A stretch of 59,729 bases of DNA, counting the filler, from Bipalium vagum (Eukaryota), in assembly GCA_037834085.1 (NCBI GenBank). It is 3 parts of 3 records of this genome, joined end to end, with 100 filler letters (N's around TTAATTAATTAA, not from the genome) between each part and the next. Parts side by side here need not be neighbours in the genome. Positions count along the whole stretch, not along the records: positions 1 to 17,426 come from JBBMKC010066090.1; 2 more parts are not named here. One strand, 5' to 3'. Positions within the stretch are counted from its first letter, which is position 1. Each line of letters opens with the position of its first letter. Shown here in pieces: positions 1 through 12,955 of the stretch. The position numbers and the translations under genes are program-made. The notes under the pieces are model-generated. The model was given only the letters and a program-made list of their open reading frames with translations, was not told the DNA's origin and ran no database searches.

Positions 1-46
<46 letters not shown>

Positions 47-60
47 TAATAATAATAAAT
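1..60. repeat. (AAT)n microsatellite
   Basis: Directly visible. Confidence 0.95.
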
Positions 61-613
61 AAAAGTATTTTATTTATAAATCAGCACTATTGTAATTTTA
101 ATTTATTAAGAAACCTGTATAATTTATTAATTTCTTGCCGCGCTTGTTAGATAAAAAGAATGGGAATCCGTATTTCTTCGATTTACCTGTTAATTAAAGA
201 TTACTTCACATGATATTATGGTTGAAAAAACTTTTCTCATAAATCTCGTTTGAAAATGTTTTATTATTATATTCTACTTTAGAATATAGAATCATGTCCA
301 AGATTTTTATTAAGATTTTTTAAAATGTTGCACTAAATTGACTTTGTTTTATTGGCACATACTTTAAAAGGTTTTCTTCACACTTCAATCCTTTTAATCA
401 AATCGTAATATATTATTAAAATAGAAAATTACATGATAAATTAAAGGTTATAATTTTCGAAAATGGAACCAATCCAAACGGATAAATTTTTATAATAATA
501 TTTAAAATTAAAGATTTCTTACAAATGATTTTAAAAGTAGTTTTTAATTTATCTGTAATTGTTATTTTAAATTTTATTGCTATTTTTTGATTAATAATAG
601 TTACTTTAATCAG

Positions 614-3600
614 GTAAACAATACTTTGACAAACATTACAAATGAAGCCAACTCAACAATTACAAACTTTCTTAATAGTAATAGTTTGATATTTATTATT
701 CTTTATTTAAAATGAATTTAGCTATGATAAATAATATTAATGGGTCCAACTTGTTTGAAAACACGGAGAAGGGCATTAGAAATATTTTTTCATCCCTTTC
801 AAACGATTTGACTTCCATAGTACAACATACAATTTCTGTCGATTTCGGTTTTGGTAAAGTGAGTGATGGGGGTCTTTACAATGTAGTGAAATATGGGTTT
901 GTTGTCTTTTTTGAATATTAATTTTTCGATATCTTAATCATTAATATTTTTATTGATTTATTTATTATATATATATATATATATTGATTAATTTGTACTC
1001 AACTATTAAAAAAATGGAAAATAATTTTGGCAATAAATTTGAAAGATATTTTATTCGATTTCGTGTGACTTATTATTTAGTTTATAAAATCTAAGATGAA
1101 AGCTAAAAGTTAAAAAAACTTATATTTTATTATTATTTTTTATCAGGATTTCCTGAAAAGAAAAATTCGTGTAAGGTTGGCATAATTTTAACATTTCAAC
1201 TCTAAATTTATTTTAAATATATTTGATTTCTAGGAGAACTTGGTTCTACGATTTTTAAAACTCATTTAATAGGACATTTTGTATTCATTTGGCTGTCCGG
1301 AAATTAATTGCAGTTTTAAATCGTTAAGTTTAGACACATAACTCAGTTCAAGAACCACTTTATTAATTAAAATAAGAGTCACCAGAATTAATATACCTTT
1401 GCCAACGTAATGGAAGTTCATTAATGAGGGTTCCATCAAATTCCAAATTTCTGGAAACAATTAAGTCATTGAAAGTGTTTTCGTGTCGCCTTGGTTTTTT
1501 GAATACTTATCGGACAAGAATTTGTCGAGATTCTTAAAATGTGGTAATCGGTATGTGACAGATAAGGTGAGTGGTCGAGAACTTCTTATTCCAGCTCATG
1601 CAACTGTTATTGTTAGAGAAACGTTTGGTCTTACGTTGAAATTGAGAAGAATTGGTCTTTTTCTATTGACCAATGTCAGACATATGAGTAGAAGATTTTG
1701 ATGCATGTTATGGCTTTGGTGACAGTACTTCTCTATCGTAATGATATTCCCCGGATTCAAAAAGCTATTATAGATAACACCCACTGCAGACCACCAAACT
1801 GTCACAATAACATATTTTTTGGTGCAGTTTTGGTTTTCGAGGCTGGTCTATCAAAACTTGGAGCCGAATGTCGCCAGTTGTCATAGAGTATCTACATTTT
1901 TCTACGCATGTCACAATACAGTCGAGAAGAGACTCGATTTTTTTCTTAAAGAGAGAACAGACGGCACTTCAAAGCGGTTATTATTTTGATTTTCTTTCAA
2001 AATGTGGCACATATTTGTCTAGCTTTTTAGACTTTGAAATGCACTTAACGTTATCAGAGACCGTTATTTTGCTTGTTACAAGATTATACGAAAGGCCTCT
2101 TAACAAGTTTCCATGGGTTTGTTTCAACTTAATCCTTCAAATTGTCCTGGTCGACAGTCGAATGGTCTCATGATCTTCCTTTTTTCATGATTTTAGTCAC
2201 CAAAACGAAATTTCTGGAACCAAAGCTAAATAGTATGCTCTTTAGTAGTTCCAGGGCCAAAAGCTTTGTTTCCTTTGCTTTTAGGCCAAATTTCAACTGG
2301 AAAAAGAAAATTGCTCTAATTTGCATTTTTTTCCATCTTTTATTTATTGTTCTAAAATATAATGAAAAATAATTTTCAAATTAAACTATTTATATTTAAG
2401 TTGAGAGAAAATGTGCTTTAAAATGATATATACAATTTGAAGCATTATAACCAATGTTTATTCTAAAAATGAAGTATAAGTGTCAAATACAGTAGAACCT
2501 CGCTATAACGACTACGGTTATAACGCTACGCACAATATAACGACTGTGGAAATAATACCGTAAAATTTTACACTGATTTTTCAAGTGAGGAAGTTACTTG
2601 TAACGATTGTTGTTTTAACGAATTCATCCTTATAACAACGAAATAGACGACAAAAGTTGTTATAAATTTTTTGAAATGTATTTAAATTTGATGTTGCATT
2701 CACAATTTTTGAAACTTTTCGATTAAATATGAATTAAAATAAAATACGATAAATAAAATTTTTGTGAAATTTCTTTAAATTTGATGTTGTATTTTTAATT
2801 TAATTTTGTATCTTTAAATTTAATTTTATGTGTATTGTTTTTTATTTGAAATTTCGAATTTTATATTAAATATGAATCAAAAAAGATCTGCGTATTCAAT
2901 TGATTTCAAATTGAAAGTTAAAAATTCGGTTCGAAAGGGATGAAGAATCGTTGATGTTGCAAACGAATTCAGCATAGCTAGCAGCACCATCAGCACTTTT
3001 TTAAAAGAAAAATAAAAATTCCAACGAGAATATGAACTAGGAAGCACTCAAACTGACAGAAAAAAATTTAGATTCGCGGAATATAAAAATGTTGAACAAG
3101 CACTTCTTATATGGTTTAAAGATGTACGATCAACAAATCTTCCAGTTTCTGGATCAATGTTAAAAGATAAAGTGCTGTATTTTGCTACTAGTTTAGGATA
3201 TACCGACTTTTGAGCTAGCAACGGTTGGATAATGAGATTTAAAGGGCGACATGGTATTGCTCAGAAACTTATTTTTGGAGAAGAAACTGTAAATTTAGAA
3301 AGAGTTGATTCTTGGCTTTCAATAACATTGATACATGGCATTGATAATGTGTTGGAGTATCTGCTAACAAGTATATTTGATCAATTGGTTCAAAGAACTA
3401 TTACTGATTATTTTAAATAAATGTTTATTTGTTTGTTGTTAAATAATTTAAATGTCATGTACAAATTTTATAAACTACGAAGTGAATAATTTATATTTTT
3501 ATGTAGTTCGGTTATAACGACAGTATCGATATAACGAGGATTACGGCTGGTCCCTTGAAAATCGTTATAGCGATGTTCTTTTGCATAGAAAACCGCAATT

Positions 3601-6094
3601 ATTTTCTGGACAACCTAATACGTCATCAAAATATTTTTTTTAAAAATTTATGTTAAAAATACACGTATCTTTTTGTTTATTTATTAGAATTTCCAATAGA
3701 GTTCAGCAAATATTGAAGTGTAGTAGTACAGAAAATGAAAAATATGTTCAAGTTTTTCCTAGTAATTTTGTGTGATCTTCAGGATTATTATTAATTTAAG
3801 AGTGAATCAACCTAATTTCAAGAATTGAAAACATATTAATTAAATCAAGAACATTTTCAAAAATTGTCAATACCGTAAATAGATCAATAATTAAATTAGA
3901 TAAATCCAAGTTGATTGAAAAAACATTTAAAGACCAACAAATAAATCGTTAGTCAAAATTAGATTAATTTATTCAAAGTATCACCAGTAATTTCATTTTA
4001 GAGCTAATCAAAGATTGTTGAAATGTCTTTCAGTGCTGAATGTGATTGGGTCATTCCAATGTCTTTAAAGATTGGTGAAACCAAATCGGTTAAATATAGC
4101 GATAATTTTTATATTTGTGCTCAAAAATTTCACTATTTTTTAAAATTAATGCTCAATGAAAAACTTTTATATCCTCACTTTTTGAGAAAAAAAGTAAAAA
4201 CAAAAAGAACATTTTTGAAGATTTATTAAAAAGATATTTTATTTCATTATAACAAAGTAGATTTGTGATATGATCTGTGAAATTTCATGAAATTCAGTTT
4301 TAGATTTTATTTATTACAACAGGTTCTATGGGCTCTGTGGATTAATTTCATTAACTCTACTTATTGTATTACTTTTCTATATTGGTCTTTGTTTTGGAAC
4401 TTGTGGTGGACCCAAGTTAGAAGATGCTGCCTCTTGTAATAAAGGGACCGGGAGTGGTTTTCTAATGACGTAAAACTATACTTTTCTAATTTATACAAGT
4501 TCATTTATTTTTTATTCTACGTCTCAGTGCTGTTGCAGTTTCGATTATTTTCGGATGGCTGATTATGTTGATAGTAATGATCATGTTTTTTCCGGGGAGT
4601 TTCTTGAATACAGAAATCTGTTCATATTTTAATACGACAGACGAAAACCAAATACAAGTTAGAGTTTCATTATGCAAATTATTGAAATTCACAATTACAT
4701 TGAAATATTCATTGATTTTAATTAACTGTAATTATTATTAAAATAAACTAAGTATCGAATGATCCAAAATAAATGGATGAAAGTAAATATTAGGTGAGTC
4801 AGAAAGTAACCTCATTTTTCTAATTGTTAAAATTAATTGCTAAATATTGACAATTTTATTGTTTTTTAATAATATTGATATAGAAATATTTGAAGTATAA
4901 GAAATCATATTTATTTTTTAGATTATAATTTTTATAATTCAGTAGCTACATTTGTCCCGACTAAGTAAAATATCCGAAATTGGTTCCTGTACGAATATCT
5001 CCTTGGATCTACGGCCACACTAGCTGCCGCTAATATTAATGACATAAAGCCATTAATATTCGCCAAGCACAGGAATGGTTTGCCAGATTTAGGTCTGGTG
5101 ACTTCAACCTCAATGACCATGAAAGAAGTTGACGTCCACCAACGACTGACAACGCATTATTGGAAGAACTCATAAGTAGCGATCCACGATTAACGATTGA
5201 ACAGATATCAAAAACCCACGGCTGTAGTCCTATTACAGTTAAGAACCACTTACATATGATTGGAAAGTCAAATAAGGCAGGTTTCTGGGTACCCCATGAA
5301 TTGACCGAAAAAAATTAAGCTGTTAGACAATTTATTTGTCAATCACTGATTCTGTAGAACAATAGTGATCCGTTTCTTCAACGTATTGTTACGGGGGACG
5401 AAAATTGGATTCAGTACCACAATCCCAAAAGACAAAAGCAATGGTTATTTCCAGGTGAAACCCCGATTCCAACATCAAAACCAGATCTTCATCCTAAAAA
5501 AACTGTGCTTTGCATTTGGTGGGATTGTCGTAGGGTAATCTATTGGGAATTGCTCGAATCAAATCAGATAATTGATGGCAGCAAATACTGTGATCAATTA
5601 GACAAATTAAATGAGAACTGGATTAAAATTTGTCCAGCTTTAGTCAACAGAAAAGGTGTCATTTTTCATCAGAACAATGCCAGGCCACACACCTCGAAAA
5701 TCACATCTAAAAAATTAAAGACTTAGGATGGGAAGTTATGGCTCACCCACCATATATCCTAGACATTGCTCCAACAGATTTTCAGATCTTTGCAGCACTT
5801 CTTGTGTGGAAAAAGATTTCAAAATGAAGATCAGATCAAAAGGGAGATACAATTATTATTTGACTCTAAATCTTCCTCATTCTTTGAAAGGGATGAAATG
5901 CTTGGTTGACAAGTGGCAGGCTATAGTAAAAAATAATGGCGATTATGTGATTAATTTATGATAAATTAAATGTAAAAATTTTTAAAATAAAATTTTGTGA
6001 TAAAAACGAGGTTACTTTCTGACTCACATAATATTAAAAAAAAATATTAAATTGAAATTAAAGCACCAAAATTTAAAAATAATAAATAAATCAC

Positions 6095-6163
<69 letters not shown>

Positions 6164-9100
6164 ATGATATGTATTTAAAATCTATTCCATTTGAAGCTTA
6201 GCGAAAGAGGCTAAAAAGAGTTACATTTTAAAATCATAACTTAAATAATGTAAAAATTTTAATAATAAAATAATACATTTTTATAATAAGTTTGATTTAA
6301 TAAATTCATTTAAGAAATCATATTAAAAAATATAATCCTAAATCAATAATTAAATAATGAGCTTCAAACATATTTCATGTTAATAAATCTTTAAAAATAT
6401 AAACCAAAAGTATCATGGTTCAATAATTTGTTTTGTAGTAAATTCAATTTTTTTGTGATTAAAAAAATGTAAACATAAANNNNNNNNNNNNNNNNNNNNN
6501 NNNNNNNNNNNNNNNNNNNNNNNNNNNNNNNNNNNNNNNNNNNNNNNNNNNNNNNNNNNNNNNNNNNNNNNNNNNNNNNNNNNNNNNNNNNNNNNNNNNN
6601 NNNNNNNNNNNNNNNNNNNNNNNNNNNNNNNNNNNNNNNNNNNNNNNNNNNTTCCCGTTCATTTTAATCATTTTCAGTCCATAGATAGCATAATATCCTC
6701 TTTCATCTCTAAAAGTCCTCCTAAGATCCAGTCAATTGCGATTCCAAATCTTAATTATTTTCAATCTTTGATGTTGCGATGTCCCAATTCTACCGATTTG
6801 ATATCGGCGTTCCAAATACCGCCCTCATTTATGAAAGATATCAGTAAAATGCTTTACACTAATGTAAGATGCAGCATTGATTTTTGACAACCGTTTTTTC
6901 TCATTTACTTTATTTAGTACATCGATTCTTACATCAACGATACGACCGCGAAAATTACCAACTATACTATGTCAAACATCAACACGAACAGTATGGACGA
7001 TAATTTGAAAAATATCTCCGCCATTGATGAACAGATCAAAAAAGATTTGTCCAATAGCACGATCGAAGAAGTCTAATCTTTTTACTGAATTTCACATAGC
7101 TACCTCTTTTTGTTTTCAGTTGAAAAAACCGATAACGAAATTGGATTCTTTGCCGACATTCAAGAACGATTTGCAAACATTGATCGATGATTTGGTAAGA
7201 TCAGTTGCAATTTTTTTTTATTTAGGATATTTATTAAGAATTTTCTTACCTTTTTTCGATTAATAATCTTATAATTGATTTTAGTTTATAAACCTTTGTT
7301 TTACTGTATCGGTTTTATGTTGTGTAAAACCTTTACCATCTTTCGACGACAAGTCTTTGGATTTTGGATAACAAGTTTTATTGGGTTTTCTGTTTTAATT
7401 GGATTTGTTTGAAAAAATTGTTCTCTTGTCCTTGAATATATGATTGTTCAGACCCTGTACAGAATTTCATGAATAGTTCTTGAATTTTATTTTGGCCAGT
7501 TATTATTTAGATCGAAGATTTACATAATAATTTAAAAATAAATAATCATTTTTTCAAGTAACCGAATTAAAAATTAAATAACATGTTATGTTACAAAGTC
7601 AAATAAAGCAAAAAATTATCAGAAATACGCTGTGTTCCATTGGAAAGGTAACATGTGTTAGACATGAAACAATTATCATTTAATTATTAAAATATGATTA
7701 TGTTCGCTACATATTGTTATCACCAAAATGTCATGGCGATATTGTACTGTGTCAAATGATACCACATGATTTTTATGAAAAGTTTTCTCACAATTATTTA
7801 CAAAATTCAAAACTATCTTTCACTTCGTATTTCATTTTTAATAATGTTTTTATTACTTCATCATCCGCCTATTTCGGAAACAATTGATCTATGCATTTCT
7901 CTTTGGAAGGACAGAGGTGATCGACACATCATGGGCGAATTTAGTACGAAAGACATTTCCTTTTTATGCAACAGCGAATGGTACACGCAAAGAGACGGGG
8001 TTGTATGGGATCACCTCTAGAGTTAACATAATTTATGGTTAGCTTAGAAAAGAAAATAAACGACTTCAATGGAAATAAACCACCACCAACACTCGACCAC
8101 ATGTTTCCACACATACGCTGTTCTAACAGTAGGAGTTTAAACTGGAAACTCTCTGCGACCTACCATATTCACCAGACCTTGTGCCATCTGATTATCACTT
8201 TTTGGTTAAAAAAATATTCAATACAGAAGCAGCTGCGAAAAACGCCTTTCGTGATTTCATCGCCACTCTATCATCAGACTTTTTGGCTGCTGGAATAAAC
8301 AAGTTATCATTAAGATGGCAGGACTGTGTTGCGTATATAAGCTACACCTTTTTTATAAAAAAAATTCTTTTTATTATATTAGTTACCTGGAACTAGTTTT
8401 CAGCCAGTCAGACCATCGACTTAATTTAATTTTTGTCGGAGAATCATCATATGAAGATCATGAGAAAATATTCGAAGTTATTCCAGTGCAAGTCATGGAG
8501 TTTCGATTTCCAATCTAAAATTCCCATGAAGGTATTTTATGATTCCTTCGTTATTTTCTTTTATTCTATTCATCAAGAAACACTATTGCTGTCTGAAAGC
8601 ATTCAGTATCAATTTTTCGGAAACATTTATTTTACTTCTCGTTTTTGGCAAGGTCAACATAAAAAGCTTAGGAATTATTGATCATATTGTACGAAAATGT
8701 TTAATACTTTAAAGCACTATCTGATAGTTTTCATAATAGGATAGTCTCATTTAAGTTAATGAAATTCCATGATAAAACAATAATTATACTTTCTTGTTTT
8801 TCTTTAATGTTTAAATTTTTCAAATTTTCAAATCCTTCGACACATTTTTCATCGATTTTCCGCTTTTTTATTCTTTAATAGACAAAACACAACAAAACTG
8901 ATGAAGCAAAAAAAGTTGGAGAAGCCATTGTTAAATTGAATCCTACAACAAATGATATGGAAAACGCCCAAAACTCTTATCGGACTATTAAAAATAATTA
9001 CAATTCTGCCATCAAATCGCTTGAAGACTCAATAACAAACGTGAATAATGATAAAAAGGTTGTTGTAAGCCAACCAGAAACGGCGAAAAAAAGAGTAAGA

Positions 9101-12100
9101 CTTATTTAGTATTATCTTAGTTTTCCTATTATTATTAATAGTAGTAGAATCATGTTGTCCCGCATCTAATGGCAGGTTTAAAATCTCACTAAATTAAATC
9201 AAAAAGAGCTATGAAACTCATTTTGTTCATCAAAATATTTTCCGTTGTTCTCATTAAAATTTCGCCATCAAGACAATAAATCAAAATTTCTCTTTTCATA
9301 GAAATCAGTATTTCTGGACTCAAAAACTGAAAAATGATATTTTGAACATCAGAAATTTAACCATTAGCTAGAAAATATGATAATCTGATGGCGAGAGATT
9401 CGGTAAAACTTCGCAGTTCAAATCATGCAATTTTTGTGCTGTTTATCTCGAACCATGTGATATTACATATCGTGTTGTCAAATAATTGTCTTTCTATTAA
9501 CAAGCGCTGGTTGATTTTCAAGTAGGTTATGGTGCACTACTTCAATTTCATTACAGTTTCGACTGAGCTGAGATTCACCTAATTTTAAAAAGTTATAGTG
9601 AATTAATTCAGTTACAGACAACTAAACAGTGATTTTGGGTTAAGACTTTGCTTATACACATGTTTCAGTTTTTTATCCGCATCCAACAATTGTGCTGATC
9701 TTGAATGATTGCCATATAAGTCCAACTTCACGATAAAGGATACAATTCGAGATAAGTTCGGTTCAGAATAATGAAAGAGAAAATGTCGAATTTCTTAATT
9801 TCCAATCATTTTATTTTTGTGGTATTATTGATTATCCGGATTTTATTACTTTACCAAACTCTAGAAGATACCGGAAATTTCTTTAGTTAATTCTCTAACA
9901 GATTTTACCCTATCCTATTTCAAACATTTTTTTCAAATTGTCGTTACTTAAAACTATAGCCGGTCTTCTGTGTTCATCCATTTTCAATGCTGAACACTTT
10001 TACATTTCTGAAAATATCTTTGCATTAATGAGAATCATCATCCCATGCGAAATTAATATTTCTAGTTGCTTCTGATGATGAAGCTTGAATTCATAAAAAT
10101 TGGAAATTAGAATATGTTGCTTAACCATGTCCTATGAAATACAAAAAAGTTTAATTTTGAATTGAACTACTTACTTTTATTATTATGAAAAAGCGAAATT
10201 TGCATTTCAGTTTGATTTTAAAAAGTTATAAGAATTGATTGATTAACAAATCTTTGAAGTAATACCACTAAAATCTGGCATTTTATAGTAGACAACTTGA
10301 TATTATGAGACCATTATTACTTAATTTTCTCGAAAACCGAAGCCATAGTTAAAATAAACTCGTGATTCTTTGAGATTATTTACGAATTTTGTGATTGGCA
10401 CATGAACACATTATTAAAAATAACTTTATTTGTTTTCTTGGAATAATCGCATTTCTCTTTAGATTTTTCTGTTGATTTTTCAATTGATTATAGACAAAAT
10501 GGTTTTGTTTCATTTTGACATTTTTATGGCTTTTATTTTATAACTTTATGCAATGCTGAACTTCAATGACAACATTTGTAAAAAATCGATTAAATTCATT
10601 TTTTTAAAAGGAGTTAAATGTGAAAGCGAACAAATCTTTATAAAAAAGTCAAATATTGAGTTAAAAATGGAAAAAATATATTGATCGGAAAAACAGTGAC
10701 GTTTAATTTATATTGTTACACAGCTATTTATAGATATATATCATTTCATCAAGACAGATGAAGTGCTCATATTAGATACCTTTACAAGTCACATTATAAC
10801 GCGTGATACAAGTATTGATATTAGAAAATATTTCACGTTTAATATTTAAAAATGAATTTCGTCTATTATATGAATATTGTTTTTGATTTTCCAAACTGAG
10901 TATGTTATACAAGAACTTTATCGTGCTTTTATGAAAATTATTGATTTCTTTAACTCATTCAAGGTTTTTTCACTGTTATTTGATTTTTGATATCATATTT
11001 ATTTACCATGTGCTATTTGTTATTAGCAAACTATCGACACCCTTACGATAGAATTAACTGAACCTCCTGAAGAATTAGTTTCTATATATTTTTTAAGATT
11101 GTACTTGTCCTATACTTTTCGTAAACTGGTTTAATTTGAATGTATCATTTGTTCTAGAATTATCTTGTAAGATCTCGTATTATTTGTTATATTTTATATC
11201 TTATACTTATGTATAAAAGTATTTAACAATAGATCTATTTTGAGATTGACTATATTATTATTATTTATTATTATTATTTAAAATTTTAAAATAGATATTT
11301 ATAGTTAATTAATAAATAAAGACAATAATTTTTCTCAGAATATGGAGCTTGATTTATTGTAATTTATTTTAACAAAACCGAAAAATAGTAATTATTCACC
11401 CTAGAAAGAACATTGTGGTTATTTGAGCACCAAAGACTGCTCTCAGTTTTGGAGTAAATAAACATAATTATATACGGCGCTCAAAAAAGTCGTTTAATCA
11501 AAAAACTCTGTGAGAGTAAGAATTTACGCTTAAAAAACAATTGCAAATTGATAAAAATTTTATATCGCAGTATTTTTGTGGTGATCTTTTATTAGTATTC
11601 ACTCTAATTCGAGTCAATTACATAATTAAAACTTGACATTATATTAGGTTTACGCAAAAGAAATCGCCGGTTTAATAATGCTCCACCACTGCTTTAATTT
11701 ATAAATATTAATCATTATATCCATTTGAAGTTATAATTTGTTTAATATTGTAATGCTCTTCAATTTAGTTTAAATTACTTTTAATTTATTTTTAGTCTCT
11801 AGAAATCATGTCAAGTATGATAAGAAATCGAGAATTTTTAATACGAATTTACAAACGGCCTTGGAGCAGGCAAGACAGTTTCTAAAATTAATGCTGCTTT
11901 TGACGCAGGTACAACTAATAAACGAACAGTTTGGTGGTGGTTTTCAAATTCCGACGCGGAGATGAAATTCTACAAGATGAGAAGCACCGAACTCGACCAA
12001 TAGTAGTAATTTTTAGTAATAGTAATCGAATCTAACCCTTGGTTAAACCACGCGTGAACTTGCAGAGAAACTACAGTAGTGCGTCATTTAAATGAAACAG

Positions 12101-12912
12101 GTAAGGTTAAAAAAAGGTAAATGAAACTGCCTTCAACGATTTCATCGCTTTCCAGAAAACCAGGCTTTTATTTGACTGGAATGAATAAAATTGTTTACAA
12201 TTGGAAAAGTTTGTTCAATCGAATGGTTGTTATTTTAATTAATAAAATTTTTTTACGTGTGAGTCTTATCGATTTAAAGTTAAATGTCGAAAACGGAAAT
12301 TTCTTTTGCAATTTCCTAAAGGCTTATAAAACTCAAGAGCTTATGAAACGATCTTAGAACGCGGGGTGAAATCAATTAACAGTTGTGATATTGCTTGACA
12401 TGCGTCACATAAGAATAATAATTATTAAGTTTCAATGTTAAGGGAAGAGTGGGAATACATATCAGAGTCATAAAGATTTTTAGATAAGTCAGGGTGAGCT
12501 TGTTTAATACAAACATTAGCCTTTAAAAGGACTTTTTAATATTTTTGTTCACATTTTTATATGCTTTTCAATTCTTATACTTTATTTTCAGTTAATATAT
12601 GTTTTTTCAGCTATTGGTTAATTAAATATCACATTTTCTACTTTACCCAAACCATATTCCCCTTTCTTTCACCATTCAGGCTATTTTCGATTCCCAATCT
12701 AAATTAAAAGAAATCGCTGAAAACACAATCAACAGCACTTTGTACAGTGTCATTCTGAAACTTGGAAATTGCAAAGGGATGTCCGATTCTTTTAATAAAG
12801 TAGTATATTCTTTCTGTTACACTTTGATCGGACCATTTGTAAGTTTAATAATTTTTTAGATTATTTTCCAAAATTTGTATTTATAAAATCTTTAAATTAA
12901 ATAATTTAATTA

Positions 12913-12955
<43 letters not shown>

